Source: Octopus sinensis (lineage: Eukaryota). From it: DNA of 64,000 nt. Position numbers and translations under genes: made by a program. The stretch lies in NCBI RefSeq assembly GCF_006345805.1, contig NC_043011.1:51162464-51226463 (forward strand), in the 5' to 3' direction. Positions 27,832 through 39,864 of the stretch are shown piece by piece; position 1 is the first letter of the stretch; each line of letters starts with the position of its first letter. Under the pieces are notes generated by a model that saw only the letters and a program-made list of their open reading frames with translations, did no database searches and was not told the origin of the DNA.

Positions 27832-28385
27832 AGCCTGTTTTTTACTGACTAATGAATTTTTAGACAACCACATGCATGTATGCATGTACACACACACACA
27901 CACACACACACGATGGACTCTCCCGTCCTTAGACAATGAAAGAGGTTTCTGCAATCTCTTGCTGAGCAACCACACATGATTTGTTTATGTTGATCAAATG
28001 ATTGTTGTGTTCATGTAAGCTCCCTCCCTCCATCAAATCAACATTGCCTGTACAAGCGCACAAGTGTGTCACAGTGTCACATGTCAGATGTCAAAATGAT
28101 TGCAGAGCAAGATGAAAGACATAACACATTGCCTGGTCTGGGAATCGAAACCATGACCTTATAATCATTAGTGCAACACCCTAACCATATATATGTTATA
28201 TATTATACAAGAGAATCAAGGCTCAATTTAAACCAGTGAGTCCACACTTATTTTTCTCATTCAAATTATTGTTTTCACTTAAACATTCTTTTGATATATC
28301 TACAGGTATTGACTGTATTTTCAAATAATAATGATAAATAATGATAATAATATAACTTCTAGTGATGTCTTGTTCAATATTACAG

Positions 28386-28510
28386 GTAGAATGGCTGAAA
28401 ACCAAAGGATTTGGTGGATTAGCTGTTTGGACCATCTGCTTGGATGATTTCAACAATATTTGTCAAGGCGGAAAATATCCTCTCATGAAAGCAATTAATC
28501 AAGAACTTGG
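28386..28510 (+). CDS. GH18 chitinase, last catalytic-domain exon (VEWLKTKGFGGLAVWTICLDDF...NQELG)
   Basis: ttacag acceptor; GxGG..VW..LDDF..C..GKYPL motif; donor GG|GTATGT; phase 0 to 2. Not in the ORF track. Confidence 0.95.
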
Positions 28511-28652
28511 GTATGTTTGATGGTTTCTAACTTCTTCTTCTTCTTTTTCTTCTTCTTCTTGCTATTATTATTATTATCATTATTATTATTGTTGTTGTTG
28601 TTGTTGTTATTATTATTATTATTATTATCATTATTATTATTATTATTATTAT

Positions 28653-31600
28653 TCAGTAGTTTTATTTTTATAGCGTGCTTTCACTTCACTGCCGAGCGCA
28701 GCTCTGTGTGCCTTGGGTATGTGCTGTGATTTGTTGTGATGCTCTGATGGTTATTGTATGGAAAGTGTTCTGCGTAGGATGTGTGCAGTGCCTAGTAGTG
28801 CAATTTTCTGTATGTTATATGTGTTTGTAAGTCCTGGTGTTTTTGTTATGTATTTGTCTGAATATTTTTTTATCATGCCTAATGCACCTACTATGATAGG
28901 AATTGTTTCTGTTTTCAGGTTCCACATTCTAGTTATCTCTATTTCCAGGTCTTTGTATTTTGAGAGTTTCTCCATTTCTTTTAGAGACACGTTGTCATCT
29001 GCCGGTATTGATACATCAATTAGAAAGCATTTTTTTTCTTCATGATCTCTGACAACTATATCTGGTCTGTTGGCCTTAATTTCTCTATATGTGTGTATCG
29101 GCATATCCCAGAGTATGGTTGCTTTCTCGTTTTCTGTGACCTTTTCTGGTGTGTGCCTATACCATCTTTTTTCTGTTGCTATTCCATAATGTTGGCATAG
29201 CTTCCAATGTATGTAGGTTCCAACTCTGTCATGTCTGTGAATATATTCCTTCTTAGCCAGGACTGGGCAGCTAGAGATAATATGATTTATTGTTTCTTGT
29301 CCATCTCCACATATTCTGCAGTTACTTGTAATATTTCTTTTCATTACATGTTTTTGGTAATTTCTGGTGGGGAGGCTTTGGTCTTGTGCTGCAATTAAAA
29401 ATCCCTCTGTTTCTGCTTTGAGTCCTGAGCTTCTCAACCATTGCTGGGATTTTTCTTTGTCTATTTCTTTTGCGTTTAGTTTAGTGCAGTATTTACCATG
29501 AAGGGGCTTTTCTTGCCATCGTTTTATCATGGCTCGTTGCTGTTCTATTTTTAGTTTGGATTTCATTGTTTTATAGCTTTTGTTGTTTCTTCATCATCTT
29601 CTTCTTCTTCTTCTTTGTGTTTATTAGGTGGTATGATTTCTTGTTTGTATTTGTCAGCTTCCTTAAATACTGAGAACAGTTTTTTGTTTTGCTCGTGTTT
29701 TGCTGCTATCTGGATCAGTTTTCCTTCCTTCTGAAGTAGGTATTTTTGCAGTCCTATGGTGGTTATTTTATAGTAGTTTTCCAGCTGTATAAGGCCTCTA
29801 CCACCTTCTATACGTTGTATATATAGTCTTTCTATGTCAGATTTTGGGTGATGCATCCTAGATCCTGTCAGTATTTTTCTTGTTTTCCTATCTATTTTGG
29901 ACAGTTAAGGATATTGTAGCTGTAACTTATAACTGGGACAGCTAAAGTGTTGATACCTATTATCTTGTTTTTAGCATTGAGCTCTGTTTTTAGTATTGAT
30001 CTAACTCGTCTATAATATTCTTTTTTTATTTTCTCTTTCATTTGTGTGTGTTGTGTCTTATCTAGTTCATGGATTCCTAAGTATTTGTAAGTTTGGCTTT
30101 GGTCTAATTCTTTTATTTCATTGGTTTTATCTAGTGTGATGTTGTTACTCTTAACTAGTTTTCCTCTTTTCATGGTTACTTTGGCGCATTTTTCTAATCC
30201 AAATTTCATATCTATTTCTTTGGTAAATCCATGAACTGTCTTTAATAGTGTTTCCAGCTGTTTGTCATTTGCAGCGTATAGTTTTAGGTCATCCATATAT
30301 AAAAGGTGGCTGATCGTTTTGCCGTAACATTTATATCCGCATCCAGTTCTATTTAGCATATCAGATAGAGGTGACAGTGCGAAGCAGAAAAGGAGTGGAG
30401 AGAGCGTGTCTCCCTGGAATATTCCTCTTCTAATGGGGATGTCTTTGGTTTTCATGAGTCCCTCTTTTGTTTGGAGGTGTAGGACTGTTTGCCATTTATT
30501 CATAGAGTGCTCTATGAATTTTATGATTGTTGGTGCTACTTTGTTAATGGCTAGTGTTTCGAGGATCCATGTGTGGGGTATGCTATCAAACGCCTTTTTG
30601 TAGTCAATCCAGGCCATACTGAGGCCTTTCTTCTTTCTGTGGCTGTCTTCAGTTACGGCTTTATTAATCATTAGTTGATCTTTACAGCCATATGAGCCCT
30701 TGCGGCATCCTTTCTGCTCTTCTGGGAACAGTTTGTTTTCGTCCAGGTGCTTGTTCAGCCTTTGCGATATCACTGCAGTAAATGCCTTGAACATAGTAGG
30801 GAGGCAGGTTATTGGTCTGTAGTTTTCTGTTTTGTTGTTTCATTTGATTTGGGAATTAAGATGGTTTTCCCCTTCGTGAGCCATTCAGGCATTGTCTCTG
30901 GCTCTGCTAGTATGCTGTTAAAGTTTTCAGCCAGCTTTTTGTGCATTCCTGTTAGATATTTCAACCAGAAGTTGGGGATCTTGTCATGCCCAGGTGCCTT
31001 CCAGTTGCTTAGTTTTTGCAGTGCCTGGGTGACCTCTTCAGTTGTTATGGGGGTCCAAAGTTGTTCAGATGCCGAGTTTGTTATTTTCATACTCCTTTTT
31101 TTTGGCTGTTCGTTCGCCGATCATATTTCTCTCCAGAATTCTTCCAATTCTTCTGCCGTTGGTGCTGCAGTGACTTCTATTTTATTTTTGCCCAGTTCTT
31201 GGTAGAACTTTTTGGGGTCGGAGTTGAACTTTTTGTTCTGTTCAAAGAAGCATTGGCGTTTCTCTTGAGCTTTGGCAAGGATATCTTGCTTCAGCTTTTC
31301 TTTTATCTCCGGCAAATCTTTTTCTGTGATGTTATATTTGCGGAGCATTTTTGTTCTCTTTTTGTTGCTTAGTAGCGTTGCTTGTTTGCTGATTTCATTA
31401 AGAATCGACAGGTCTTTTCTAATTTTTTTTATTTTGTTTTGGATGTTATTTATCCACAGGGTTTGTTTGGGTGGTGGTACTCCTGTTTGGGCGGGTTTGG
31501 GTGAGTATCCAGCTTCTTTTGTGGCTGCAGTGGCTGCTGCGTATATCAAGTCATTTATACAGTGATATCACTTTTTTTTGTTTCAGTGGCTAGTTCAGTG

Positions 31601-32602
31601 ACGGCTAGGTTTATGTTGTTTATAATTGGTGTTGTTATTGCGTTTATTTTTATTCTTGGGAGGTATGGTCGGTGGTCCATTTTGGGCTCTGTGGTTTTCA
31701 GTTCTTTGATTATTTTATTTTTTATATTATCATAATCATTAGGCTCCCCTTCGTTGTTTACATCGTGTTTGTTGGGAATGTTGCGTTTGTCTTCGTGTTT
31801 TACAGTTTCAGTGTTTATATTATTGAGCATTGTTGTGTGGCTTCTATCTACATTTTCCTGGTGTATTTTTTCTTTTAAATGTTCTATTTCTATTTCTGAT
31901 ATTTTTTTGGCTTTGAGAATGTATCTTCGTACGTTAGCTAATTTATTAGGGTTCATTGCTGTATCCAAGTCTATATCTCTATTATTTTCCTTCCATATTT
32001 TATATGTATGTGTTGTTGTATTTTCATTTTGTGGGTAGAGCATTGCTGTGAAGTATGCGTGTAAGATAGAAATGTATTCCTCACGTGTCCATTTACGTCT
32101 TTTGGGTTTTAATTGCGGGACATGAGGTACAACGTCCGGCCCATTATTTTGACGGTCGTCATTTTCGTAGGGTACCGGTCCGTTTATTTCTGTTGTCACA
32201 TTATTTCGCACGTGTAGTTTTTCGTACATTTTTTGTTGTAGGTTTAATGTACGTACCGCTCGATTGTTATTCTTGGGTTGAATAGTATCGGTGGCATTTA
32301 ATTTCTTCGTAGTTCCTTTGTACATGGTGTTTGAGGTCGGGGATGATCGTGTTGTTCCATGCAAGTTTACATGTGTTGTGTTAGAAGTGGAGATAATATC
32401 GAGTCAAAATACATCATTTCGTTTCGAAAATAGTAATAAATTTCAATTCGTATTACTTACTCGGATATAGTCCAATTCTTTGTTAGTAAATCTTTGGCTC
32501 CATAGGGTGTCCTTCTTTTCGATGTTTGTGGATAGATTTCGGAGCTCTGTATTTTCCTTCTTACATCTTAAACGTCCCCGGTGTCTCTTCTTAAACGTCC
32601 CC
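28653..32602 (-). mobile_element. Near-full-length decayed R4/Dong retrotransposon in a chitinase intron
   Basis: Fragmented ORF 32364 to 28751: KRRKWTREE (Myb-like), KAPGHDKI, IDYKKAFDS, GIFQGDTLSPLLF, LLYMDDLKL, CRIC..HIISSC, RHD, RPDIVVRD. (TAA)n tracts at both ends. Confidence 0.93.
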
Positions 32603-32603
32603 C

Positions 32604-32662
<59 letters not shown>

Positions 32663-32714
32663 CTATTACATTTTACTTTAGTTAGCAGGGATATATTTTT
32701 TTTTTATATTTTGA

Positions 32715-33113
32715 CTAGCAGTATCGCCCCGCGTTGCTCGGGTTTGTAAGGGAAATAACTATATAAGCATTTTTAGAGAGTTATAGCCAAAAAATAGCAA
32801 AAAAATGCATTAAAAGTGGAAAAAAAATTATGGTAAATTTTTTTAAAAAACGTTGACTCATCGTAGACATTTTTAGAGAGTTACTTCCCTTAGCGAAAAA
32901 AATGCATTAAAATGGAAAAAATGATGGTAAATTATTTTTAAAATCGTAGACTCATCGTAGACGCGCGCTAATATCCAGAAGGGCTCGATATGAATAACGA
33001 CTATAAGATACCCGCTTTTGGTTACACTGCACCGCAAAATGTGGGAGTAGTTAGGAATCTAAATCGGAGGAGACAGAGTCTCACATACACAACTTCAATT
33101 TTATATATAAAGA
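32715..33113 (-). mobile_element. Non-autonomous Helitron (399 bp)
   Basis: Minus strand A|TCTTTATATAT...CCCGAGCAACGCGGGGCGATACTGCTAG|T: 5' TC, subterminal hairpin, 3' CTAG, AT target. Confidence 0.85.
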
Positions 33114-33224
33114 TGACAGCAAGTCTCCTCAGATCTCAAGAATAATTTTTAAGACTTCACAGGAGAAAGGGTGACACTTTCCTACAGGTTGACTGTGCAG
33201 GACTCAATTCCAATATACTTCACT

Positions 33225-33345
33225 TTCTGAGATAGCAGTTAAGGTGTTGTGTCAGTATGCCAACTACCACAGGAACAATTGTCACCTTTGTTGTCCACAG
33301 CTTCTTCGTCTCTCTGGCTAGGTCTTGATATTTTAAAATTTTTGT
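33225..33345 (-). mobile_element. R4/Dong-like 3' fragment
   Basis: KILKYQDLARETKKLWTTKVTIVPVVVG next to a trinucleotide repeat. Confidence 0.6.
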
Positions 33346-33351
33346 GGTGGT

Positions 33352-33415
<64 letters not shown>

Positions 33416-33482
33416 GCTGCTGCTGCTACTGCTACTACTACTAATACTACTAGTGCTGCTGCTGCTGCTGCCACTACTACTA

Positions 33483-33563
<81 letters not shown>

Positions 33564-33629
33564 TTACTGCGGCTGCTGCTGCTGCTGCTGCTGCTACTAC
33601 TACTACTTACTACTACTACTACTACTACT

Positions 33630-33673
<44 letters not shown>

Positions 33674-33742
33674 TTACTGCTGCTACTGTTACTGCTGCTG
33701 CTGCTGCTACTACTACTACTACTAGTGCTGCTGCTGCTGCTG

Positions 33743-33813
<71 letters not shown>

Positions 33814-33867
33814 CTACTACTACTACTACTACTACTTCTACTACTACTACTGTTACTGCTGCTGCTG

Positions 33868-33938
<71 letters not shown>
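33345..33938. repeat. ~600 bp compound (CTA)n/(CTG)n microsatellite
   Basis: Direct. Confidence 0.95.
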
Positions 33939-34288
33939 GGAGTGGTGAGCTGGCAGAATTATTAGCATGCCGGGCAAAATGTTTTGCAGCATTTTGTCCG
34001 TTTTTACATTCCAAGTTGAAATTCCGTTGAGGTTGACTTTGCCTTTCATCCTTTCAGAGTTGATAAAATAAGTACTAACTGAGTGCTGAGGTCAATGTAA
34101 TCAACTCATCCCCTCCCCTTAAATTGCTGGCCTTGTGCCAAAGTTTGAAATCATTATTATTATTCTGTTGTGTCTGGGGAGAGTCATTCTCTTTTAGTGC
34201 CTTATAATTTAACACACTCATCGGTGAAATTTCCACTTATTTCTTTTTTATTTTTCTAAACTTTTCATTGCGTCTTGCAACCTTTTCA

Positions 34289-34319
<31 letters not shown>

Positions 34320-34322
<3 letters not shown>

Positions 34323-34757
34323 TATGTTTGACTTTTGCTTTATGTCTGTACAAGTTGGCTCCAAGTCTCACCCAGAGACCTCAAGAGACAACAGGTTAGA
34401 AGTTCTGTGCCGTATATTTTGTTTTTTTTGATATTTTACTAGTGAATGTCTAATACATAAAAATAAAAAAATAAACAAAAAAAAAAAAACTAAAAAAAAT
34501 AAAAAAAAAGTTTGTTTTAAACCTTGGGATTACATAGAGAGTATTTTGCGTAGGATATGAGCAGTTCCCATGAGCACTATCTTTTGAATTTCTGCCATTT
34601 TGGGGTTTCCTGGTATCTGAGTTAGGTAGCAATCAGTCCCTTTCGCTATCATTCCCAGGGCACCTATGACAACAGGTATTGTTTTGGTCTTCAGCTTCCA
34701 CATTTTGCTGATTTCTATTTCAAGATCTTTATATTTGCTCAGTTTTTGGTAGGTCTT
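34320..34757 (-). mobile_element. R4/Dong 3' fragment
   Basis: YQKLSKYKDLEIEISKMWKLKTKTIPVVIGALG...ILRKILSM; (ATT/GTT)n on both sides. Confidence 0.8.
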
Positions 34758-34841
34758 ATTATTATTATTATTATTGTTATTATTATTGTTATTATTATTG
34801 TTGTTGTTGTTGTTGTTGTTGTTATTATATTTATTGTTCAC

Positions 34842-35630
34842 TGAAACTCTAGGTGTTGACAAGGATGAACTAGCTGGTCTATTTCAGAGGACTTTTGAGC
34901 TGGGTGCTACTATGGATAATTTCCAGAAATCCCTGGTCTGGCAGTGTTACCCAAGAAGCACTGTGAGTTAGAGATAAACTCTACAAGCATGGAAGTACTG
35001 TCAGAGAGGACTCTCTGAGATATGCTCAGCACAATGAGACTGTTCTGCATTCACTCATGCAGTATCCGCCGAGTATTGCTGGCTTATGGAGTTATGACAA
35101 ACAGCTGTTAACTCATGTGGGATGAGTCCAACTATCTGCTGAGTCCATTGTGAGAATTACCCTGTCACCCACCTTTGATAAGGCAGGGTGGGTAGTGGAG
35201 GTTGAAAAGATTGAGGAAAGACACCTTCCTCTTTGGTCAAGCACTCATTGACCTTTTCAAGTTCCACTCGGAAAGGAAAGTGAGGGTGGAGAGGGAAGTG
35301 CTACCTCCCAGTGACTTTGTGAAAAGATGGGTGGCAGTGGCAAAAATGTTTAGAGTGAGTGGCTCTGCTCTAAGTATGTGCGTGTTGATGGGGAAAACAT
35401 GAGAAAGGGTTCATGCTTTGGGGGTCAGAGTAATCCTGGGTCTATGAGGTTCTCTGATTGGCCCTAGCTGGAGTTCATGTTATCACATACTTTGTATACT
35501 ATGTATACTTTTATCACATTTCACTATCTTTTCCGTGTCTTTCTCTTCATCCTTTATGTAAATCCCTACATAAATTGCTGTTTGTCCTTGTGTTGTCCAC
35601 CTCATCTATGATCCTGTGGCTTAGAAAAGA
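34842..35630 (+). mobile_element. Tx1-like LINE 3' fragment
   Basis: Homologous to 17157-17845 (ETLGVDKDELAGLFQRTF..DNFQKSL). Confidence 0.6.
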
Positions 35631-35654
35631 AATTATTACCATCATCATCATCAT

Positions 35655-36005
35655 CTTCTTTCAATTTTATTTCCATTTCTTGCCGAGTGTCTTCCTGACA
35701 CCTAGGGCAAAGAAACTCACTGTAGACATTGGTAGGCTATTAAAATAATGACACCAAATTGAAAGACAGAAAGAAAGGAAGACAGAGAGAAAAAGGAAAG
35801 AAGACGAAAAAAAAGAAAACAATGAAAATAAAAATAAAGGGGAAAAAAAAAGAAAATTCATAGCGACAATGCTCTTCTCAATACATGTGACGTACCAATT
35901 AAGACAATCTTTTACACTTCCTGCATGGATGGCAAGCCAGGGATTATCCTCAAATTATTTCCAGTTCCTTTTTTGATCATTTCAAGTGTCCCTACAATCA
36001 CTGGC
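35655..36005 (-). mobile_element. R4/Dong 3' fragment
   Basis: Matches the 3' end and UTR of the 1791-3290 element (CCATTTCTTGCC.AGTGTCTTCC..CTAGGGCAAA; GACAATGCTCTTCTCAATAC). Confidence 0.75.
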
Positions 36006-36268
36006 ATTTATTATTATTATTGAGTGAGAGAGCAGTGTATGCCATCAAAGTGACTCTGGGGTAAAATATACAAAGCCCAGTATACCCATCATTACTACCC
36101 ATCAGATAAGGGTACACTAGACACATGCATTACAACAATATGTGCTCGACATGGTGATCTCATATCAAGATTAACAGCACATGACCTTGAAGGTAGGGCC
36201 CAATTAGAATTTTCTTCAGCTTGAGTAGCCTATCCCACTCAAAAGTTCCCTGAACAAGAGTTGTTTAA

Positions 36269-36489
36269 CCCTTTCGTTACTAACCCAGCCAAAACCGGCT
36301 CTGGCTCTGTAGTACAAATGTCTTGTTTTCATAAGTTTTGCATCAAAATATACCACCAAACCTTAGTTGCAATTTATATTCCTAACACTAGCTTAATGAT
36401 AGCTAAGTTATTTTACTAAATTCTTTGTTATATTTAAAATAATTGAAAGCAACTCAGAGCATCTCAAAATAAATACGGTAACGAAAGGG
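36269..36489. mobile_element. piggyBac-type MITE (221 bp)
   Basis: TTAA|CCCTTTCGTTAC ... GTAACGAAAGGG|TTAA. The empty site GTTGTTTAAGGATG is present in the paralogous repeat at ~15993-16006. Confidence 0.9.
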
Positions 36490-36779
36490 TTAAGGATGTT
36501 GAATGAAACACCCATGTTCATAGATACATAGACACAGCAAATACTGGGCAAGGCTGGCCCCTTTGAATTACAGCTACAACTTGAGACATATATATATATA
36601 TATATATATATATGAATGTATTTGTGTATGTGTGTGTATAGTATAGGCTAGTTAAAACATGATTGCAATAATAAGTGTCGCGTAGTGGAAATAAACGCAA
36701 TTATCAAACTTTCATTCATAAATCCATTTATTATTTTGTTCTTTTGCTTTTCAATTTGTACATTTGTACCCAGAAATTT

Positions 36780-37460
36780 TCAACAACTGCATGCCAGAAA
36801 AAATGGAAAAACGAGTAATTTTATCTCCTAAAAATTCTGTCTTGCAATAAATGAAAAAGTTCTTAATATTATACCAGAGGCACTTAAAACGTACTTAAGC
36901 ACGGATTCAGTGTCCTGCAATAATGAAGAGGAGGTTCAGAGCTATCCATTTGAATTCATAAACTCACTCACTCCATCTGGTATGCCTCCTCATCACCTCA
37001 ACTTAAAAGTAGGGTCTATTGTAAGGCTGCTAAGAAATCTTTCAATCAGTCAAGGATTATGTAATGGAACTCGCATGAAAGTGCAAAAACTTCATGAACA
37101 TTGTGTAGAGGCATCATTGGTAACAGGCTCTAACAGAGGTCGTACAGTTCTAATTCCTAGAATTAAACTTAGCCCAAGAGATGCAAATATTCCATTCACA
37201 CTAAACAGACTTCTGTTTCCACTTCGACTTGCATATTCAATGACAATTAATTAGGCTCAAGGGCAAACATTTGAAAAAGTTGGAATACATTTGCCTCAAC
37301 TGGTATTTTCTCATGGCCAATTATATGTCGCAGTTTCAAGAGCATGAGCTATGAACAATATCAAAGTAAGAGTTATGACATTCAATTGGGACAACAGACA
37401 AGGCCAAAAACGTTATGTAACATACACACAAAATATAGTCTACCATGAAGTACTGTGAGT
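36780..37460 (+). mobile_element. Helitron Pif1-helicase C-terminal fragment (pseudogenised)
   Basis: YPFEFINSLTPSGMPPHHLNLKVG...GLCNGTR...FPLRLAYSMTIN*AQGQT...FSHGQLYVAVSRA...TQNIVYHEVL*. Confidence 0.9.
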
Positions 37461-37661
37461 AAGACCACTGCACCAGCTAGCATCACCACCACACCATCCA
37501 CTCCATCATTGCACATCCACATTATACCTTTAAGAACGGGGAACCACTAAGGGTCCCACTGGATCTCTCTTAGCATACCAGGAAACCACAAAATCGAACC
37601 AGCCAGCGTCACCACTACCTCCAAGCCTGTCATATATATATATTATATATATATAGATATA

Positions 37662-37875
37662 TTGTTGAATTTAGGAATGGTCATTTTGCCAGTTTAGCCA
37701 ATAAAAACACATGCACGATATATTTGGTGTTACTTTGCTTCAGCGTTATTTATTTTTTACATTAATCTTAATCTTATTTCGGCCAGAGTTCTTTCGTCAC
37801 ACTCCTGTGACCGCATCAGTGGTCCTTTGCTTTCTCCTTTCTTATTTGTGTGTCTCTCCTTACTAACCATCAGCC
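37662..37875. repeat. ~210 bp dispersed repeat next to (TA)n; second copy at 42292-42500
   Basis: The two copies are highly similar and carry a hammerhead-like motif on the minus strand. Confidence 0.8.
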
Positions 37876-38069
37876 ATTTTGTATTTCTATTGTATGTGTC
37901 TTCATTTGTGCATGCGTATATCTCTATGTGCGTCTGTGTTTAGTTAGTGTGCATGTGTGTGTGTGTGGGGGGGGAATGCCTGTAATATTTGTATCTTCTG
38001 TTTATATACGTTCATGTAATTTGTTTTTGTTTTTGTTTATTCTTATTTTGTTCATGTGTTTACACCCAC

Positions 38070-38115
<46 letters not shown>

Positions 38116-38531
38116 GTATGCATGTATGTATGTATAACAACAATAATAGTAATAATAATAAAAATAAAATAAATGATTAAATAAAAAAATAAAAATAAAA
38201 ATAAAAAAAATGTATATAGTTATTTACTTCCATTTGTGTATTTTATTTTATTATGTTTTCAGTTTTGTTTATATTGTAACCAGTTTATGGGGATCCTCTT
38301 CTGTCATATGTTGCCACCATTACCACTATCATTACCACCACTACTACTATTATTACTATTACCACCACAACTATCACTAGTACTATCATTACTACTTCTA
38401 CTGTTACCACCACCACTTCCACCACCACTACTACTACCATTATTGCTATTACTGTTATTCCTACCACTGCCATTATTGCTATCATTCTGATATATATTAT
38501 TTGTATATATATATGTATGTATATATGTATG

Positions 38532-38565
<34 letters not shown>

Positions 38566-38962
38566 TGTATGTATGTATGTATGTATGTATGTATGAGTCT
38601 GTGTTTGTGTCTGTTTTTGTCTCATCACCACTATCGCTTGACAACTGATGTTGGTGTGTTTGTGTCCCTGTAACTTAGCTGTTCAGCAGAAGAGAGTGAT
38701 AGATAGAATAAGCACCAGGCTTATAGGGAATAAGTCCAGGGGTCAGTTTCTTCCACTAAATTGTGGTGCTCCTGCATGGCCACCATCAAATTTAGTACAT
38801 ATATTATTTTTGGCATTTAGTTTTGCTTTAAGTTTTAATCTAATACATACATCCAGAATATTTCATTCTAAGATTTTCTTTCATTTATATGTTCATAAGT
38901 TCTAAGTAGTTATAATTTTGTGCTTGTTCTAATTCTCTTACCCTTGTTTCTTTTATCTAATA

Positions 38963-39267
38963 CTAGCAGTATCGCCCGGCGTTGCTTGGGTTTGTAAGGG
39001 AAATAACTATATAAGCATTTTTAGAGAGTTACTTCCCTTATATAACCCGAGCAAAAATCATTAAAAATGCAGAAAAATGATGGTAAATTTTTTTAAATCG
39101 TAGACTCATCGTAGACGCGTGCTAATACCCAGAAGGGTTCGATATGAATAACGACTATAAGATACCCGCTTTTGGTTAAACTGCACCGCAAAATGTGGGA
39201 GTAGTTAGGAATCTAAATCGGAGGAGACAGAGTCTCACACACACAACTTCAATTTTATATATAAAGA
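38963..39267 (-). mobile_element. Non-autonomous Helitron (305 bp), same family as 32715-33113
   Basis: Same 5' TCTTTATATAT and 3' hairpin-CTAG termini in an AT target. Confidence 0.85.
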
Positions 39268-39864
39268 TTATATATTACAATATTTCAATCATTTAAAAAA
39301 AATTATTTTCCCTCTCTTTCGTGTTGTTAAAGCACATTTTTCTAAACCTACTTTAATGTCAATCACCCGACACAATCCATATGTTGTCTGTAACAGTGTT
39401 TATTGTTCATTTTCATACACATATGCCATTTGATTGTCATTCCATGGAATTTGCTTCAGAATTTCATTTAGTCTAGCATATCATAAAATATGTTAGCACC
39501 AAATAGAACAGAAGAGAAGAAAGGAAGTTTATTGGAGTATTTCTCTTTTAATATGAACAGGGTTAGTTTTGATAATTTCTTTCTTTAGGCATAGGTGTGA
39601 TTGTGTGGTAAGAAGTTTGGTTCCTAATGGCATGGTTCCATGTTCAGTCCCGCTGTGTGGCACCTTGGGTGCAAATGTCTTTTGTTATAGCACCAGGCCG
39701 ACAAAGCCTCGTGAATGGATTTGGTGGTTGGGAGCTGAGGAGGCTCATCATGTGTGTGTGTGTGTGCATGTGTGCGCGTATGTGTGTGTATGTGTGTGTA
39801 TGCATGCGTGTGTGTGTGTGAGAGAGTGTGTATTGTGTGTGTGTGTGCATATATATATATATTT

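Noticed and set aside
36910-37254. Host PIF1 helicase gene
   Set aside because: Intronless fragment with in-frame stops and Helitron-type C-terminal motifs, inside a chitinase intron.
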